From Alphaproteobacteria bacterium (GTDB lineage: Bacteria; Pseudomonadota; Alphaproteobacteria; UBA828), in contig CBDCRW010000005.1 in the NCBI GenBank assembly GCA_965221125.1, positions 32,001 through 96,000 of the forward strand: DNA of 64,000 nt, read 5' to 3'. The stretch's first letter is position 1. Each line of letters begins with the position of its first letter. Both the position numbers and the translations under genes were made by a program. Of this stretch, positions 48,796 through 58,938 are shown in pieces. The notes under the pieces were generated by a model, which was not told where the DNA came from, did no database searches, and was given only the letters and a program-made list of their open reading frames with translations.

Positions 48796-49839
48796 ATGGC
48801 TGTCTATATCGGGCTGGATGTATCGCTGGCAAGCACGACAATCTGCGTGATCGGCGACAAGGGCAAGATCGTGACCGAGGCTCAGGTCGCCAGCACGCCT
48901 GACGCGTTGGTTGCGTTCATGGGCAAGCTGGAGCACGAGATCGCCGTGATCGGTCTTGAGGCCGGTCCCCTGTCCCACTGGTTGCACAAGGGGCTGACCG
49001 ACGCCGGCTTCGAGGCCGTCCTTATGGAGACCCGGCGGGTGAAGGCGGCGCTGAAGGCGATGCCGATCAAGACGGATCGCCGGGATGCCGAGGGCATCGC
49101 ACGGCTCTTGCAGATGGGCTGGTTCAGGCCGGTGCACTGCAAGTCGGTATCGTCGCAGGAGATGCGCGCACTGCTGACCTCGCGCAGGTCCGTGAAGGGC
49201 GCGCTCACCGATATGGAACTCTCGCTGCGCGGCGTGTTGCGCAACTTTGGCCTGAAGCTGGGCCAGGTCTCGAAGGGCCGCTGGGAGGCCCGCGTCCGGG
49301 AGTTGATCGCAGGCAACGCGATGCTGGAGGCCGCCGCCGAACCGATCCTGCGCGCGCGGGTGGCTCTGCGCCGCGAGCTGGCCGGCCTGGAGAAGCTGGT
49401 CCGCGATCTGGCCAGGGAGGATCCGGTATGCCGGCTGCTGATGACCATGCCCGGCGTAGGCGCGGTCGTGGCCCTGACCTTCAAATCGGCGATTGACGAT
49501 CCCGGGCGGTTCCGGAGATCGAAGGATGTCGGCCCCTGGGTGGGACTGACGCCGGGCCGGGACCAATCCGGCGAGCGAGATATTGTCGGCGGCATCACGA
49601 AGTGCGGCGACGCAGGTCTGCGTACCGCGCTCTATCAGGCCGCCACGGTGATGCTGAACGGCACCGCCGGGCCGAACTGGCTGAAGGCCTGGGCGCTTCG
49701 TCTGGCGAAGCTCCGTGGCAAGAAGCGTGCGACCGTCGCCCTGGCCCGGCGCATCGGCGTGGTACTTCACCGGATGTGGCGGGACGGCACCGAGTTCCGC
49801 TTCACGCGCGAGGAGGCGATGGCGCTCCAGACGGCATAG
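48796..49839 (+). CDS. IS110-family transposase/recombinase
   Basis: Same as copy 1 except NFCLK to NFGLK. Confidence 0.95.
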   Translation: MAVYIGLDVSLASTTICVIGDKGKIVTEAQVASTPDALVAFMGKLEHEIAVIGLEAGPLSHWLHKGLTDAGFEAVLMETRRVKAALKAMPIKTDRRDAEGIARLLQMGWFRPVHCKSVSSQEMRALLTSRRSVKGALTDMELSLRGVLRNFGLKLGQVSKGRWEARVRELIAGNAMLEAAAEPILRARVALRRELAGLEKLVRDLAREDPVCRLLMTMPGVGAVVALTFKSAIDDPGRFRRSKDVGPWVGLTPGRDQSGERDIVGGITKCGDAGLRTALYQAATVMLNGTAGPNWLKAWALRLAKLRGKKRATVALARRIGVVLHRMWRDGTEFRFTREEAMALQTA

Positions 49840-49905
49840 GCGCGGCTGCATCCCACCGGCAATCGGAAGCGAGAGGAGGAAAGAGCCGCGCCTGAAGGTG
49901 GCGAT

Positions 49906-50246
49906 CCACCGGTGTCCCCTCGCCGGGACGCGGTTCCCGTTGATGCACGCGCTGCGTCTTGTCGGCCGAACCGTTTCATCGCGTTCGAGCACGCGACCAA
50001 GATCGGCACTCGGGAATCGTTTGGACCAGGCATGACGTTGGCAGCCGCTGCGCTGACCACGGACGGAAGCGAGAGCCTGGCGACGGACACATCCGGGAAT
50101 CCCGCTTCCTTCTTTGCCGCGCAGACGAGTCAGTTAGCCGCTCCCGCCATGGCAATCCGCTATGTTGACCGCGCCTGTGATTCGATTTGCAACAGGCTAC
50201 GGTGCTTCATGTGCGAGCCACCGTGCCAGGCCGGAAGATCGTGAAG
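49906..50246 (+). ncRNA. Predicted bridge/seek RNA of IS110 copy 2 (boundaries approximate)
   Basis: Guide-like segments at 49952-49961 and 49995-50002. Confidence 0.7.
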
Positions 50247-50568
50247 ATCGGTGTTTGACATCAACCGCCCCATTACGGAAGACGCCGCTGCTCACCATCG
50301 ACATGGTGCGGGACGCGCACGCGCGCTGAGACCTTGGCCGAGGTGGTCCGTGAATTGATGGGGGTTGGCGCACCAATGGCACCATCGGGCTCGGCATCGC
50401 GGTCGTGCTTGGCGAAGTCGCCATGCCCTGGGCCGACGAAATCTGCCACAGCGTCGACCTCTGCTCATCGATCGCCTCGTGCTCGTCGGGCGTGGAACTC
50501 GACCGCGGGAAGATCGCCCTCTTCGGCAATGCGCCGGGGGTCGGCGGGCGCTTCCGCATCGTCCCAGA

Positions 50569-51210
50569 TCAAGGGCGGACGCAACATCCATCCAGTATGA
50601 CTCGGGTCATCGTCTCGGCTGCGGTGTCGAAGTCATTTCTCGTGAGCCGTCGCTGCCCGAGCACGTCGGCGGCCAACATCCCGAAGTCCGCATAGAACTG
50701 GGTCGCCGACCACAGCATGATGAAGAAGTGGCGCGGGTCCACCTTTGCCATCTGCCTGCGGCGGATCCACTCCTCCACAACGTGGGCGCGCTGGTCTGTG
50801 ACCTCGCGAATGTGCTGGCGCTGGCGCCGCTCCAGGAACTGTGCACCGCGCAGGATCTCGTTGGCGAAGAAGCGGGATTCCGTAGCATGGCGGCGGGAAT
50901 ACTCGAGCTTCGCGCGAATGTAGGCAGCGATGGCCTCGCGCGGTTCGCGCTCGGACACAATGTGCTCGAAGGCTCGGTCCCATTCCTCGATCAGGCGCTC
51001 GATAACCGCCGCGTAGATGCTCTCCTTGGTCGGAAAGTAGTAGTAGACGTTGGTCTTCGGCAGGCCGCTGACCCGGGCGATCTCCTTCATGTGCGTGCCG
51101 TGAAAGCTCTTGTCGGCAAAGAGGCCGACGGCGGCGCGCAGGATCCTTTCCTCGTTCCGGGCCCGGATACGCGGCGTCCCCCCCGCATCTGCTCGCTTCG
51201 TTTTCGTCAT
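50569..51210 (-). CDS. TetR-family regulator, RutR-like
   Basis: [28 protein letters not shown]; [18 protein letters not shown]; [11 protein letters not shown]. Confidence 0.88.
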   Translation of the reverse strand: MTKTKRADAGGTPRIRARNEERILRAAVGLFADKSFHGTHMKEIARVSGLPKTNVYYYFPTKESIYAAVIERLIEEWDRAFEHIVSEREPREAIAAYIRAKLEYSRRHATESRFFANEILRGAQFLERRQRQHIREVTDQRAHVVEEWIRRRQMAKVDPRHFFIMLWSATQFYADFGMLAADVLGQRRLTRNDFDTAAETMTRVILDGCCVRP

Positions 51211-51300
51211 GCCTGTGCCCCACCTCACACTGCAATTTGCCGCGCCGTCGCTGTCGGCCTCAGTCTAACCCCGCTCGGCTGTTGCCGGGCCAGAAATTAC

Positions 51301-51350
51301 TTGACGTGCGTGTCATGTTGCCAGATCGTGAAACATGACATTGGTGTCAG
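51301..51350. promoter_or_regulatory. Two TGAC-N6-GTCA operators (RutR-box-like); the first overlaps a TTGACG -35
   Basis: TTGACGTGCGTGTCAT (51301-51316) and ATGACATTGGTGTCAG (51335-51350). Confidence 0.6.
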
Positions 51351-51379
51351 GTCCTGACGCATTGGAGCGGTCGGACGCC

Positions 51380-52231
51380 ATGGCGATGCAACTCAGAGCG
51401 GCGCTCCGGGGGTCGCTCGACGGCTGGCAGGAAGACATCGCCTTTCTCTGGCGTGACGTCGTCGGCGATGCCGCGCTGGGTTTCGACGATATGGACCCCG
51501 CGCTCGAACTCGAACCCTGGGAGCCGATCTTTCCCGCCCGGCGGGGCCGGACCTTTCCCGGCGCGCCGGCGGACGCGCACATGCTCCGCGCCTTCGACGG
51601 CATTGCGCCCGAGGATGTGCGCTGCGTGATCCTGGGCCAGGACCCCTATCCCTGCCCCGCCTTCTCGACCGGGCGGGCCTTCGAGGCCGGCAACGTTGCC
51701 CATTGGCGGGAGCTCGACAAGATGTTCTCCCCAAGCGTGCGTGCGGTCGTCCAACTCATCGTCGCTGCGCGCACCGGCGACGCGCACTACGTCGGAAGCT
51801 TCGCGCAGTGGCCGGCGACGCTGGCTGCCATCGAAGCCGGTACGGTCGAGCTGGAAACGCCCTCTGCCCTCGCCGATCGCTGGGTGAAGTCCGGTGTATT
51901 GCTCCTCAACACCTCGCTCACGCTGACGCGCTTCCGGCGGGAGGGCGATCCCCACCAGGTGCGCGGGCACCTGCCGCTCTGGCGGCCGTTCATGGTGCGG
52001 GTGCTCGATCATCTCGCGCGGAGAAGTACGCCGGTCGTTTTCCTGGGCTTCGGCGACGCGGCGGCGGAGACGCTCAGCGCGGCGGGGCTCAACGGGTCCG
52101 ACGCAGGCGACGAGCGCCTCATCCTCCGCCCGCATCCGGCGGCAGCCGACGAGGTCCTCGGGCAAGAGAATCCGTTCACGCTCTGCAACCGGCGCCTCCA
52201 GGCGATAGGCGCAGACCCGGTGGACTGGTAG
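51380..52231 (+). CDS. Uracil-DNA glycosylase (family-1 fold), divergent
   Basis: VILGQDPYP, GRAF, GVLLLNTSLT, RPHPAAAD; alternative start at 51335. Confidence 0.82.
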   Translation: MAMQLRAALRGSLDGWQEDIAFLWRDVVGDAALGFDDMDPALELEPWEPIFPARRGRTFPGAPADAHMLRAFDGIAPEDVRCVILGQDPYPCPAFSTGRAFEAGNVAHWRELDKMFSPSVRAVVQLIVAARTGDAHYVGSFAQWPATLAAIEAGTVELETPSALADRWVKSGVLLLNTSLTLTRFRREGDPHQVRGHLPLWRPFMVRVLDHLARRSTPVVFLGFGDAAAETLSAAGLNGSDAGDERLILRPHPAAADEVLGQENPFTLCNRRLQAIGADPVDW

Positions 52232-52234
52232 GCG

Positions 52235-53893
52235 ATGCCATACGCGCCCTCCTTCGACTACATCGTCGTTGGCGCAGGCTCGGCGGGATGCGTGCTCGCC
52301 AACAGGCTGTCCGCCGATCCCGACCGTTCGGTCCTGCTGATCGAGGCCGGCGGCAGGGACCGCAATCCCCTGTTTCGACTGCCCATGCTGATGGGCAGGC
52401 TGTTCCATTCCGGCATATACAACTGGCGCTATCACACCGAGCCGGTGCCGAGCCTGGACGGCCGCTCGCTTTACTGGCCGCGCGGCAAGGTGCTCGGCGG
52501 CTCGTCCACCATCAACGGTATGATTTATGTGCGCGGCAACCGCCACGACTACGACCGCTGGGCCCAGATGGGCCTCGCCGGCTGGTCCTACGACGAAGTG
52601 CTCCCGGCCTTCCGCCGCTCCGAAGGGCACGCGGAGCGGGACGGGACCTATCACGGGACTAAGGGTGAGCTGACCGTCTGCCGCGCGCGTGGCGCCAATT
52701 CGCTCTTCGACGTGTTCGTCGAGGCGGGTCGCCAGGCCGGACATCCCGTCAACGACGACTTCAACGGGGCCGAGCAACTGGGGTTCGGCCGGTACGACTT
52801 CACCATCAGGCGGGGCAAACGCTGCTCCACATCGGCTGCCTTCCTCAACCCGATTCGAAATCGGCGCAACCTGACGACCACCACCGGAAACCTCGTGCGA
52901 CGCGTGGTCGTGGAGGCAGGACGCGCGACCGGGGTCGAGGTCGCTGACGGCGCCGACGTCCGCACCATCCGCGCGGCGAGCGAGGTCATCCTCTGCGCCG
53001 GCACGGTCAACTCGCCCCAGCTCCTCATGCTCTCGGGCATCGGGCCCGGCAACGATCTGAAGCGGCACGGCATCGACGTGATCCACGACCTGCCGGGCGT
53101 CGGCCGCAACCTGCAGGATCACGTCGATTGCGTCCTCGCCTATGCCTGCACCAAGTCCATCACCCTCTACCACGAGTTGCGGGCCGATCGGATGATCCGG
53201 TCGGTCGCCGCCGGCATGCTGCTCGGCCGCGGCATCGCTACCACCTTCCCTTACGAGGCGGGCGCCTTCCTCAAGAGCCGGGCGGAGAAGGTGGCGCCGG
53301 ACATCCAGGTGCACTTCATGCCGGCGCTGGAGAACGCGGCGAACCTGCACTTTCCGGTGCCCTTCAGGAAGCCACCGCTTGAGGAGACCCACGGCTTTTC
53401 CATGCGCGTGGGCCCGGTCAATCCCGAAAGTCGGGGGTGGATCGGTCTGCGCTCCGCGGATCCCGCCGATACGCCGCTGATCCAGCCCAACTATCTGCAG
53501 GACGAAGCCGACCGCGTGACGACGATCGCGGGCATCCGCTTGGTCCGCGACGTGGTGGCGCAGCCTGCCTTTGACACCTATCGCGGCGTCGAGCTTGCTC
53601 CTGGCGCGGCTGCGCAGAGCGACGAGGAGCTGACCCGCTGGCTCCGCGCAAACGCCATGACCACGTTCCACCCCGTCGGCACCTGCCGCATGGGCACCGA
53701 CCCGATGGCGGTGGTGGACGCCCGGCTCGCCGTCCGCGGCATCGCCGGGCTCAGGGTCGCCGACGCCTCGGTCATGCCCGTCATCACGAGCGGCAACACC
53801 AACGCGCCCGCCATCATGATCGGCGAGAAGGCGGCGGAGTTCATTCTCGGCGTGGGCGAAGCCCATGCGTCGCTTGAAAGGACCCAGGAATGA
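52235..53893 (+). CDS. GMC oxidoreductase (choline dehydrogenase-like)
   Basis: DYIVVGAGSAG, RGKVLGGSSTINGM, GRNLQDH, HPVGTCRMG, GNTNAP. Confidence 0.95.
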   Translation: MPYAPSFDYIVVGAGSAGCVLANRLSADPDRSVLLIEAGGRDRNPLFRLPMLMGRLFHSGIYNWRYHTEPVPSLDGRSLYWPRGKVLGGSSTINGMIYVRGNRHDYDRWAQMGLAGWSYDEVLPAFRRSEGHAERDGTYHGTKGELTVCRARGANSLFDVFVEAGRQAGHPVNDDFNGAEQLGFGRYDFTIRRGKRCSTSAAFLNPIRNRRNLTTTTGNLVRRVVVEAGRATGVEVADGADVRTIRAASEVILCAGTVNSPQLLMLSGIGPGNDLKRHGIDVIHDLPGVGRNLQDHVDCVLAYACTKSITLYHELRADRMIRSVAAGMLLGRGIATTFPYEAGAFLKSRAEKVAPDIQVHFMPALENAANLHFPVPFRKPPLEETHGFSMRVGPVNPESRGWIGLRSADPADTPLIQPNYLQDEADRVTTIAGIRLVRDVVAQPAFDTYRGVELAPGAAAQSDEELTRWLRANAMTTFHPVGTCRMGTDPMAVVDARLAVRGIAGLRVADASVMPVITSGNTNAPAIMIGEKAAEFILGVGEAHASLERTQE

Positions 53894-54216
53894 TCGTCGA
53901 GCACCGCACCTACACGTTTCGCCCTGGCACGGTGGATGGCTGGCTCAAGAAGTACGAGGCGGAAGGCCTGCCGATCCAGAGGCGCCATCTCGGCCGCTTC
54001 GTCGGCCTCTACGTCTCGGAGATCGGGCGGTTGCACCGGATTGTCCTGATCTGGGCCTATGAAAGCTTGGCCGACCGCGAGCAGCGTCGCGCGGCGATGA
54101 CGGCGGATCCGGCTTGGCAGGCCTTCATCCAGTCGATCTGGGCGCTGGACGCGATCCAGGAGCAGGACGTGATGGTGATGAACCCCGCGCCATGCTCGCC
54201 GCCCATCGGCGATTGA
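53890..54216 (+). CDS. NIPSNAP family protein
   Basis: MIVEHRTYT..IWAYESLADREQRRAAM..DPAW. Confidence 0.9.
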   Translation: MIVEHRTYTFRPGTVDGWLKKYEAEGLPIQRRHLGRFVGLYVSEIGRLHRIVLIWAYESLADREQRRAAMTADPAWQAFIQSIWALDAIQEQDVMVMNPAPCSPPIGD

Positions 54217-54293
54217 AAGGCCTTCTGGTTAGGGCCTGACAGCGAATTCCAGCCGGGCGCAACGGGCGCCCGCGGGAGAGAAGGAGAAACGCC

Positions 54294-55367
54294 ATGTCGA
54301 ACAAGCCGAACGCGAATGGTCTCGGCGCGCCGCTCGCGCGCCTCAGCCGCCGCCGGTTCCTGGCGGCTACCGCCGGAGTCTCGGCGGTCGTTGGGGCGGG
54401 TACCACGTTTCCGCTCGCCGCGCGTGCGGACGCCGGCCTGGTCGCCCTGGTTCATACCCAGGCGGCCGGGGACAGCGGCCCCATCGATTCCATGATGGGC
54501 CGGCTCAACCAGCTCTCTGAGGCGCAAGGCTTCGAGACCCGCGCCATCTACGCGCAGGACCCGGCGACCTACGAGACCGTGCTGAGGACCCTCGGCGATG
54601 CGGGTGCATCCATCGTGCTCGGGACCTTCCCGGTCATCTCCGAGGCCTTCAAGGCGGTGGCCCCGATCTACCCCGACACCAGGTGGATCCAGCTCTTCGG
54701 TGACGCCGTCGACCCGCCGATCGGAAACCTGGTGACGGTCTCCTACGACTACTATCTCGGCTGCTATCTGTCGGGAATCTTCGCCGCGCACGTCTCGCAA
54801 TCGAAGCAGATCGGCTTCATCGGCGGCATCAGCATTCCGCCGATCAACGCCGACTTCAACGCGCTTCAGGCCGGCGTGCACGCGGTCGATCCCGAGGCCA
54901 GCGTTACCGCCGCCTTCGCGGGCTCCTTCCAGGACCCGGCCAAGGGCTACGAGATCGCGAGCCAGATGTTCCTGGACGGGATCGACTACATCCAGACCGA
55001 TTCTGCCGCGACCGACGGCGGCATTATCCAGGCGGCCAACGAGCGCGAGGGCGCCATGGTCAGCGCGCTCGATCCGGCCCAGTACCCGCTCGGGCCCGCC
55101 TCCGTGATCGGGGTGGTCAGCCTCGACTTCGGCCAGTCGCTCCATAACGAGACCAGCTTGGCGCTGGCCGCCGACTGGCAGGGCGGGCGGCATGTGCCGA
55201 CCGGCCTTGGCAGCGGCGTCATCGACTTCCTCCGGTCTCCGCTCTACCAGGAGCAGGGGCCCGCGGCTATCGTCGCCCGGTCCGACAAGGCGTGGCCTGC
55301 GGTCGAAGCGGCACGGGCGGGCATCCTCGACGGATCGGTTTCGGTGCCGTTCAACACGGAGCTCTGA
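54294..55367 (+). CDS. BMP-family (nucleoside) ABC substrate-binding protein, Tat signal
   Basis: SRRRFL; GDSGPIDS, IGFIGG, GSFQDPAKG. Confidence 0.85.
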   Translation: MSNKPNANGLGAPLARLSRRRFLAATAGVSAVVGAGTTFPLAARADAGLVALVHTQAAGDSGPIDSMMGRLNQLSEAQGFETRAIYAQDPATYETVLRTLGDAGASIVLGTFPVISEAFKAVAPIYPDTRWIQLFGDAVDPPIGNLVTVSYDYYLGCYLSGIFAAHVSQSKQIGFIGGISIPPINADFNALQAGVHAVDPEASVTAAFAGSFQDPAKGYEIASQMFLDGIDYIQTDSAATDGGIIQAANEREGAMVSALDPAQYPLGPASVIGVVSLDFGQSLHNETSLALAADWQGGRHVPTGLGSGVIDFLRSPLYQEQGPAAIVARSDKAWPAVEAARAGILDGSVSVPFNTEL

Positions 55368-55402
55368 TCGCACGACCTCATGAGGAGGCCCCTTCGGGAG
55401 AC

Positions 55403-56983
55403 ATGATCGCCGCGAACCCGCCTGCCCTCAGTTGCCGCGGGATTCGCGTTACATACGGCCAGGTCACGGCGCTCGCCGATCTGGAAATCGCCTTCGCGCG
55501 CGGCGCCATCCACGCCGTGGTCGGCCAGAACGGCGCCGGCAAGACGACCTTCGCCCGCGTCGCGGCGGGTCTTGTCCGGCCCGACGCGGGTTCGCTTGCT
55601 ATTGACGGCAGCCCCTTGCGGCTCGGTCGGGTGGCGGGGGCGCGTGCGGCAGGGGTCGAACTCGTTCACCAGAGCTTCGCGCTGCCGCCCTCGTTTACCG
55701 TGGCAGAGGCGCTGGAATTCGGTGCCGGCGGCGGCATCGGCCTCTACAGCCGTCGGCGGCTCCTGCAGCGATGCCGCGAGCGGCTCGCAGCCCTCGATCT
55801 GGAAGTCGATCCCCGCCGGCGCATCCGAGACCTGCCGGTGGAAGCGCAGCAGGGCGTTGAGATCGCCCGCGCGCTGGTGACCGACGCGCGTGTGCTCATC
55901 CTGGACGAGCCGACCGCGGTGCTGCCTCCAGCCGGCATCGAGGCGCTGTTTGAGCGTATCCGCGGCCTCAAGCGGCAGGGAGTCACGATCATCCTGATCC
56001 TGCACAAGATCCGCGAGGTGATGGCGGTTGCGGACACGATCTCCGTCCTTCGCGGCGGTCGGCTGGTCGCAGGGCCCATTCCCCGAGAGCGAGCGGAGGA
56101 AAGGCGCATCGCCGAGATGATCGTCGGCCAAGGCGAGGCCGAGGCCGTCGGTGCGGACGATGCCCGGGCGCTTGTCGGAGCGGCGCCGGTTCGGCGCACG
56201 GCCTCTTGGGATGCAGGGGCCGCCGCGGCGTCCGCCTCCGGCGAGACAGTGCTTGATCTCGCGGGCGTGAGCACGGCGGAGGACCTGGAGGAGCCACCGC
56301 TGGATGGGGTTTCGCTCACGGTCAGGCCGGGAGAGATCGTCGGCGTCGCCGGCGTCCAGGGCAACGGCCAGCGGACGCTGGTGCAAGCGATCGCCGGACT
56401 CGCCGATGTCACGGGCGGCGATGTCCACCTGAACGGCAGCCGCGCAAACCGGACCAGCGCCGCAAACCGACGGGCATTGGGCCTTCGGGTTATCCCGTTC
56501 GAGCGCAACATCGAAGGCCTCAGCCTCACCAGCGCGCTGTGGGAGAACTGGTCCGTCCGCGAGCTTCTGCAACGACCGTTGTTCAGCCTGGTCGATCCGG
56601 CCGCGCTGCGCCGGCGCTGCGACGAGGCGCTCCAGGCCTGGGGCGTGCGCTATGCGTCCGCGACCCAAAACGCCGGCGCCCTTTCCGGCGGCAACGCGCA
56701 GAAGGTCATCCTCGCGCGCGAGATCGATGAAGACGCGCGCCTTATCATCGCCGCCCAGCCGGCGCGCGGGCTCGACATCGGCGCCACTGCCTTCGTCTGG
56801 TCGGCGCTGCGCGAGGCGGCCGGGAGGGGCTGCGGCGTGCTGCTGATCTCGTCCGACCTGGACGAGCTCTTCGACATCAGCCACCGCTTGGTGGTGATGC
56901 TCTCGGGCCGCATCGTCGCAGAGTTCGTCCCGCCCTACGACATTGCGGCCGTGGGCCGCGCCATGACCGGGGCGTCCGCATGA
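55403..56983 (+). CDS. Nucleoside/sugar ABC ATPase (two domains)
   Basis: GQNGAGKTT, ILDEPTAVL, GVQGNGQ, LSGGNAQK, RGLDIGA. Confidence 0.92.
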   Translation: MIAANPPALSCRGIRVTYGQVTALADLEIAFARGAIHAVVGQNGAGKTTFARVAAGLVRPDAGSLAIDGSPLRLGRVAGARAAGVELVHQSFALPPSFTVAEALEFGAGGGIGLYSRRRLLQRCRERLAALDLEVDPRRRIRDLPVEAQQGVEIARALVTDARVLILDEPTAVLPPAGIEALFERIRGLKRQGVTIILILHKIREVMAVADTISVLRGGRLVAGPIPRERAEERRIAEMIVGQGEAEAVGADDARALVGAAPVRRTASWDAGAAAASASGETVLDLAGVSTAEDLEEPPLDGVSLTVRPGEIVGVAGVQGNGQRTLVQAIAGLADVTGGDVHLNGSRANRTSAANRRALGLRVIPFERNIEGLSLTSALWENWSVRELLQRPLFSLVDPAALRRRCDEALQAWGVRYASATQNAGALSGGNAQKVILAREIDEDARLIIAAQPARGLDIGATAFVWSALREAAGRGCGVLLISSDLDELFDISHRLVVMLSGRIVAEFVPPYDIAAVGRAMTGASA

Positions 56984-58026
56984 GCGGCATCAGCATCCGC
57001 GCGGGCGCGGTGATCCGCACGCTCGCCTTCATCGTGGTGGCGCTCGCGCTCTGCGGCGTCGTCTTCGAGCTCGCCGGCTACTCCGCCCTCCTGATGTTCG
57101 AAAGCGTCGTCGAGGGCGCCTTCCTGCGCGCGGGCGGCTGGGCGCAGAGCCTGCGTTGGGCGCTCCCGCTCTTCATCACGGCGACCGGCGTCGCTATCTC
57201 ATTCCGCTGCGGCTTCTTCAACATCGGTGCACAGGGCCAATTCTACGTGGGCGCCATCTGCGCCGCCTTCGTCGCCGATGTTCTCGGCGGCGCACCGGCC
57301 GCCCTCGTGCTGCCGGCGACCTTCCTCGCCGGCATGGCGGGCGGTGCGCTCTGGGCGCTCTGGCCGGGCTATCTCAGGCTCCGCTCCGGGACCGACGAGG
57401 TCATTACCACCTTGATGGGCAACTTCATCGCAGCGCTCGCGCTGGTCTGGGTCACCTCCGGCCCGCTCAAGGACCCCTCCGGCACCGGTCAGCAGGCGGC
57501 GAGCCCGCTGCTGCCGGCGGCCTATCGCATCAGCGATTCCCAGGGCATCTCGCCCGCCATCATCGGCATCGCCGCCGCCGTCGCGCTCGCGATGTGGGTC
57601 CTGGTCAACCGCACGCCCTTCGGCATGCTGGCGAGCCTGGCCGGGCGGAACCCGACCATGGTGCGCTTTCAGGGTGCGCGCCTCTGGACCCTGGGACTTT
57701 CGAGCTTCCTCATCAGCGGCGGGCTGGCCGGGCTCGCAGGTACCATCGAGCTTCTCGGCCCGACCGGGCGCATCGCGAGCGGCTTTCTGCCCGGCCACGG
57801 CTTCACCGCAGTGCTGATCGCGCTGGTCGCGAACCTCTCGGTGCTCGCGACTGCGGTCGTCAGCATGTTCTTCGGCGGCCTTGCATCGGCTGCGCTCTAC
57901 CTGCCGATCCTCGCCGGCCTGCCGGCCGCCGCCATCGACGTCTTCAACGCCTCCGTCGCGCTCTTCATCACCGCGAAGTCGGGATTGCTGGACCGCCTGC
58001 TGCGGGCAGCGAGGCTCCCGACATGA
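56980..58026 (+). CDS. Nucleoside ABC permease 1
   Basis: FNIGAQGQF, EVITTLMGNF. Confidence 0.9.
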   Translation: MSGISIRAGAVIRTLAFIVVALALCGVVFELAGYSALLMFESVVEGAFLRAGGWAQSLRWALPLFITATGVAISFRCGFFNIGAQGQFYVGAICAAFVADVLGGAPAALVLPATFLAGMAGGALWALWPGYLRLRSGTDEVITTLMGNFIAALALVWVTSGPLKDPSGTGQQAASPLLPAAYRISDSQGISPAIIGIAAAVALAMWVLVNRTPFGMLASLAGRNPTMVRFQGARLWTLGLSSFLISGGLAGLAGTIELLGPTGRIASGFLPGHGFTAVLIALVANLSVLATAVVSMFFGGLASAALYLPILAGLPAAAIDVFNASVALFITAKSGLLDRLLRAARLPT

Positions 58027-58925
58027 CCGAGTTCCACGAGTTCATGGTGGCGATCCTGCGCTCCGGCACGCCGCTGGTCTACGTCACCATGGCGGGCGTC
58101 ATCGCCCAGCGCGCCGGCGTCTGGCACCTCGGCCTCGAAGGCGTGATGATCGTCGGCGCCTGCGCGACGATCCTCGGCATCGTGCTCACCGGCTCGTTTG
58201 CGGCCGCCATCGTCATCGCCTGCGTGCTCTGTGTCGCCGCCTCGGTCCTGCTCTGGTTCGTGATCGAGAAGCTGGGCGCCAACCCCATCATTGCGGGACT
58301 CGGCCTCACGGGACTCGGAATCGGCGGGACAGCGCTCGCCGTCCAGGCGCTCTTCGGCAGCCTCGCTGCCGTGACCGCACCCTTCGGCGTGCCCAGGCTG
58401 GGCGCCGCCTTCGGCCCCTACGGCGTGCTCTCGATCTTTGTGCTGATGATGCCCTTCGTCGTCTGGAGCATGTGGGTGCTGCTCTGCCGCACGCGCTTCG
58501 GCCTGCGGCTGGCCGCTGCCGGAGAGCACCCGCTGGCGGCACGCAGCGTCGGCACCGATCCGGCCCGTGTCAGGCTCATCGCGCTCGCGGCGGGCGGGGT
58601 TCTCTGCGCCATCGGCGGCGCTGAGCTCGCGGCCGGCGGTCTCACCATCTTCGCTCAGAGCATGACCGCTGGGCGCGGCTTCATGAGCTTCGCCGCCGTC
58701 ATCTTCGGCGCGGGCCACCCCATCGCAGCCACCTTCGCCGCGATGTTCTTCAGCCTGGTGGGTGTTGCGGGCATCAGGCTACAGCTTCTCTTCGGCGCGA
58801 GCATCCCGCACGACGTGCTGCTCTCGCTGCCCTATCTGGCGACGATCCTCGGCGTCTGGATCAGCGGCCGTATGCGCGGCGGCGCCAAGGCCGCCACCGA
58901 GGCCTCGGAGTTGCGCGACTATTAG
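58023..58925 (+). CDS. Nucleoside ABC permease 2
   Basis: GLEGVM, RTRFGLRL.A.GEHP.AA.SVG, TAGRGFM, LPYL.T. Confidence 0.9.
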   Translation: MTEFHEFMVAILRSGTPLVYVTMAGVIAQRAGVWHLGLEGVMIVGACATILGIVLTGSFAAAIVIACVLCVAASVLLWFVIEKLGANPIIAGLGLTGLGIGGTALAVQALFGSLAAVTAPFGVPRLGAAFGPYGVLSIFVLMMPFVVWSMWVLLCRTRFGLRLAAAGEHPLAARSVGTDPARVRLIALAAGGVLCAIGGAELAAGGLTIFAQSMTAGRGFMSFAAVIFGAGHPIAATFAAMFFSLVGVAGIRLQLLFGASIPHDVLLSLPYLATILGVWISGRMRGGAKAATEASELRDY

Positions 58926-58938
58926 CGAGTGGGATCAT

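Larger units (their letters stand above)
48648..50282 (+). mobile_element. IS110-family (IS1111 group) element, copy 2
   Basis: Matches copy 1 at offset 25186; one difference noticed (T24063 vs G49249). Confidence 0.93.
48176..50560 (+). pseudogene. Barbiturase/cyanuric-acid hydrolase family gene; frameshifted, IS110-split, 3'-truncated
   Basis: GKTEGNGG, GGCDGVLTSHATVFA, DPADVHYVQTK|[31 protein letters not shown]. Confidence 0.85.

Noticed and set aside
23462-50282. Composite transposon bounded by the two direct IS110 copies
   Set aside because: Each copy has its own contiguous flanks (HU-like stub; barbiturase VQTK|TPLL), so they are independent insertions
52235-53893. Calling the GMC enzyme betA
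   Set aside because: No betB/betI or choline transporter context; only the family is supported
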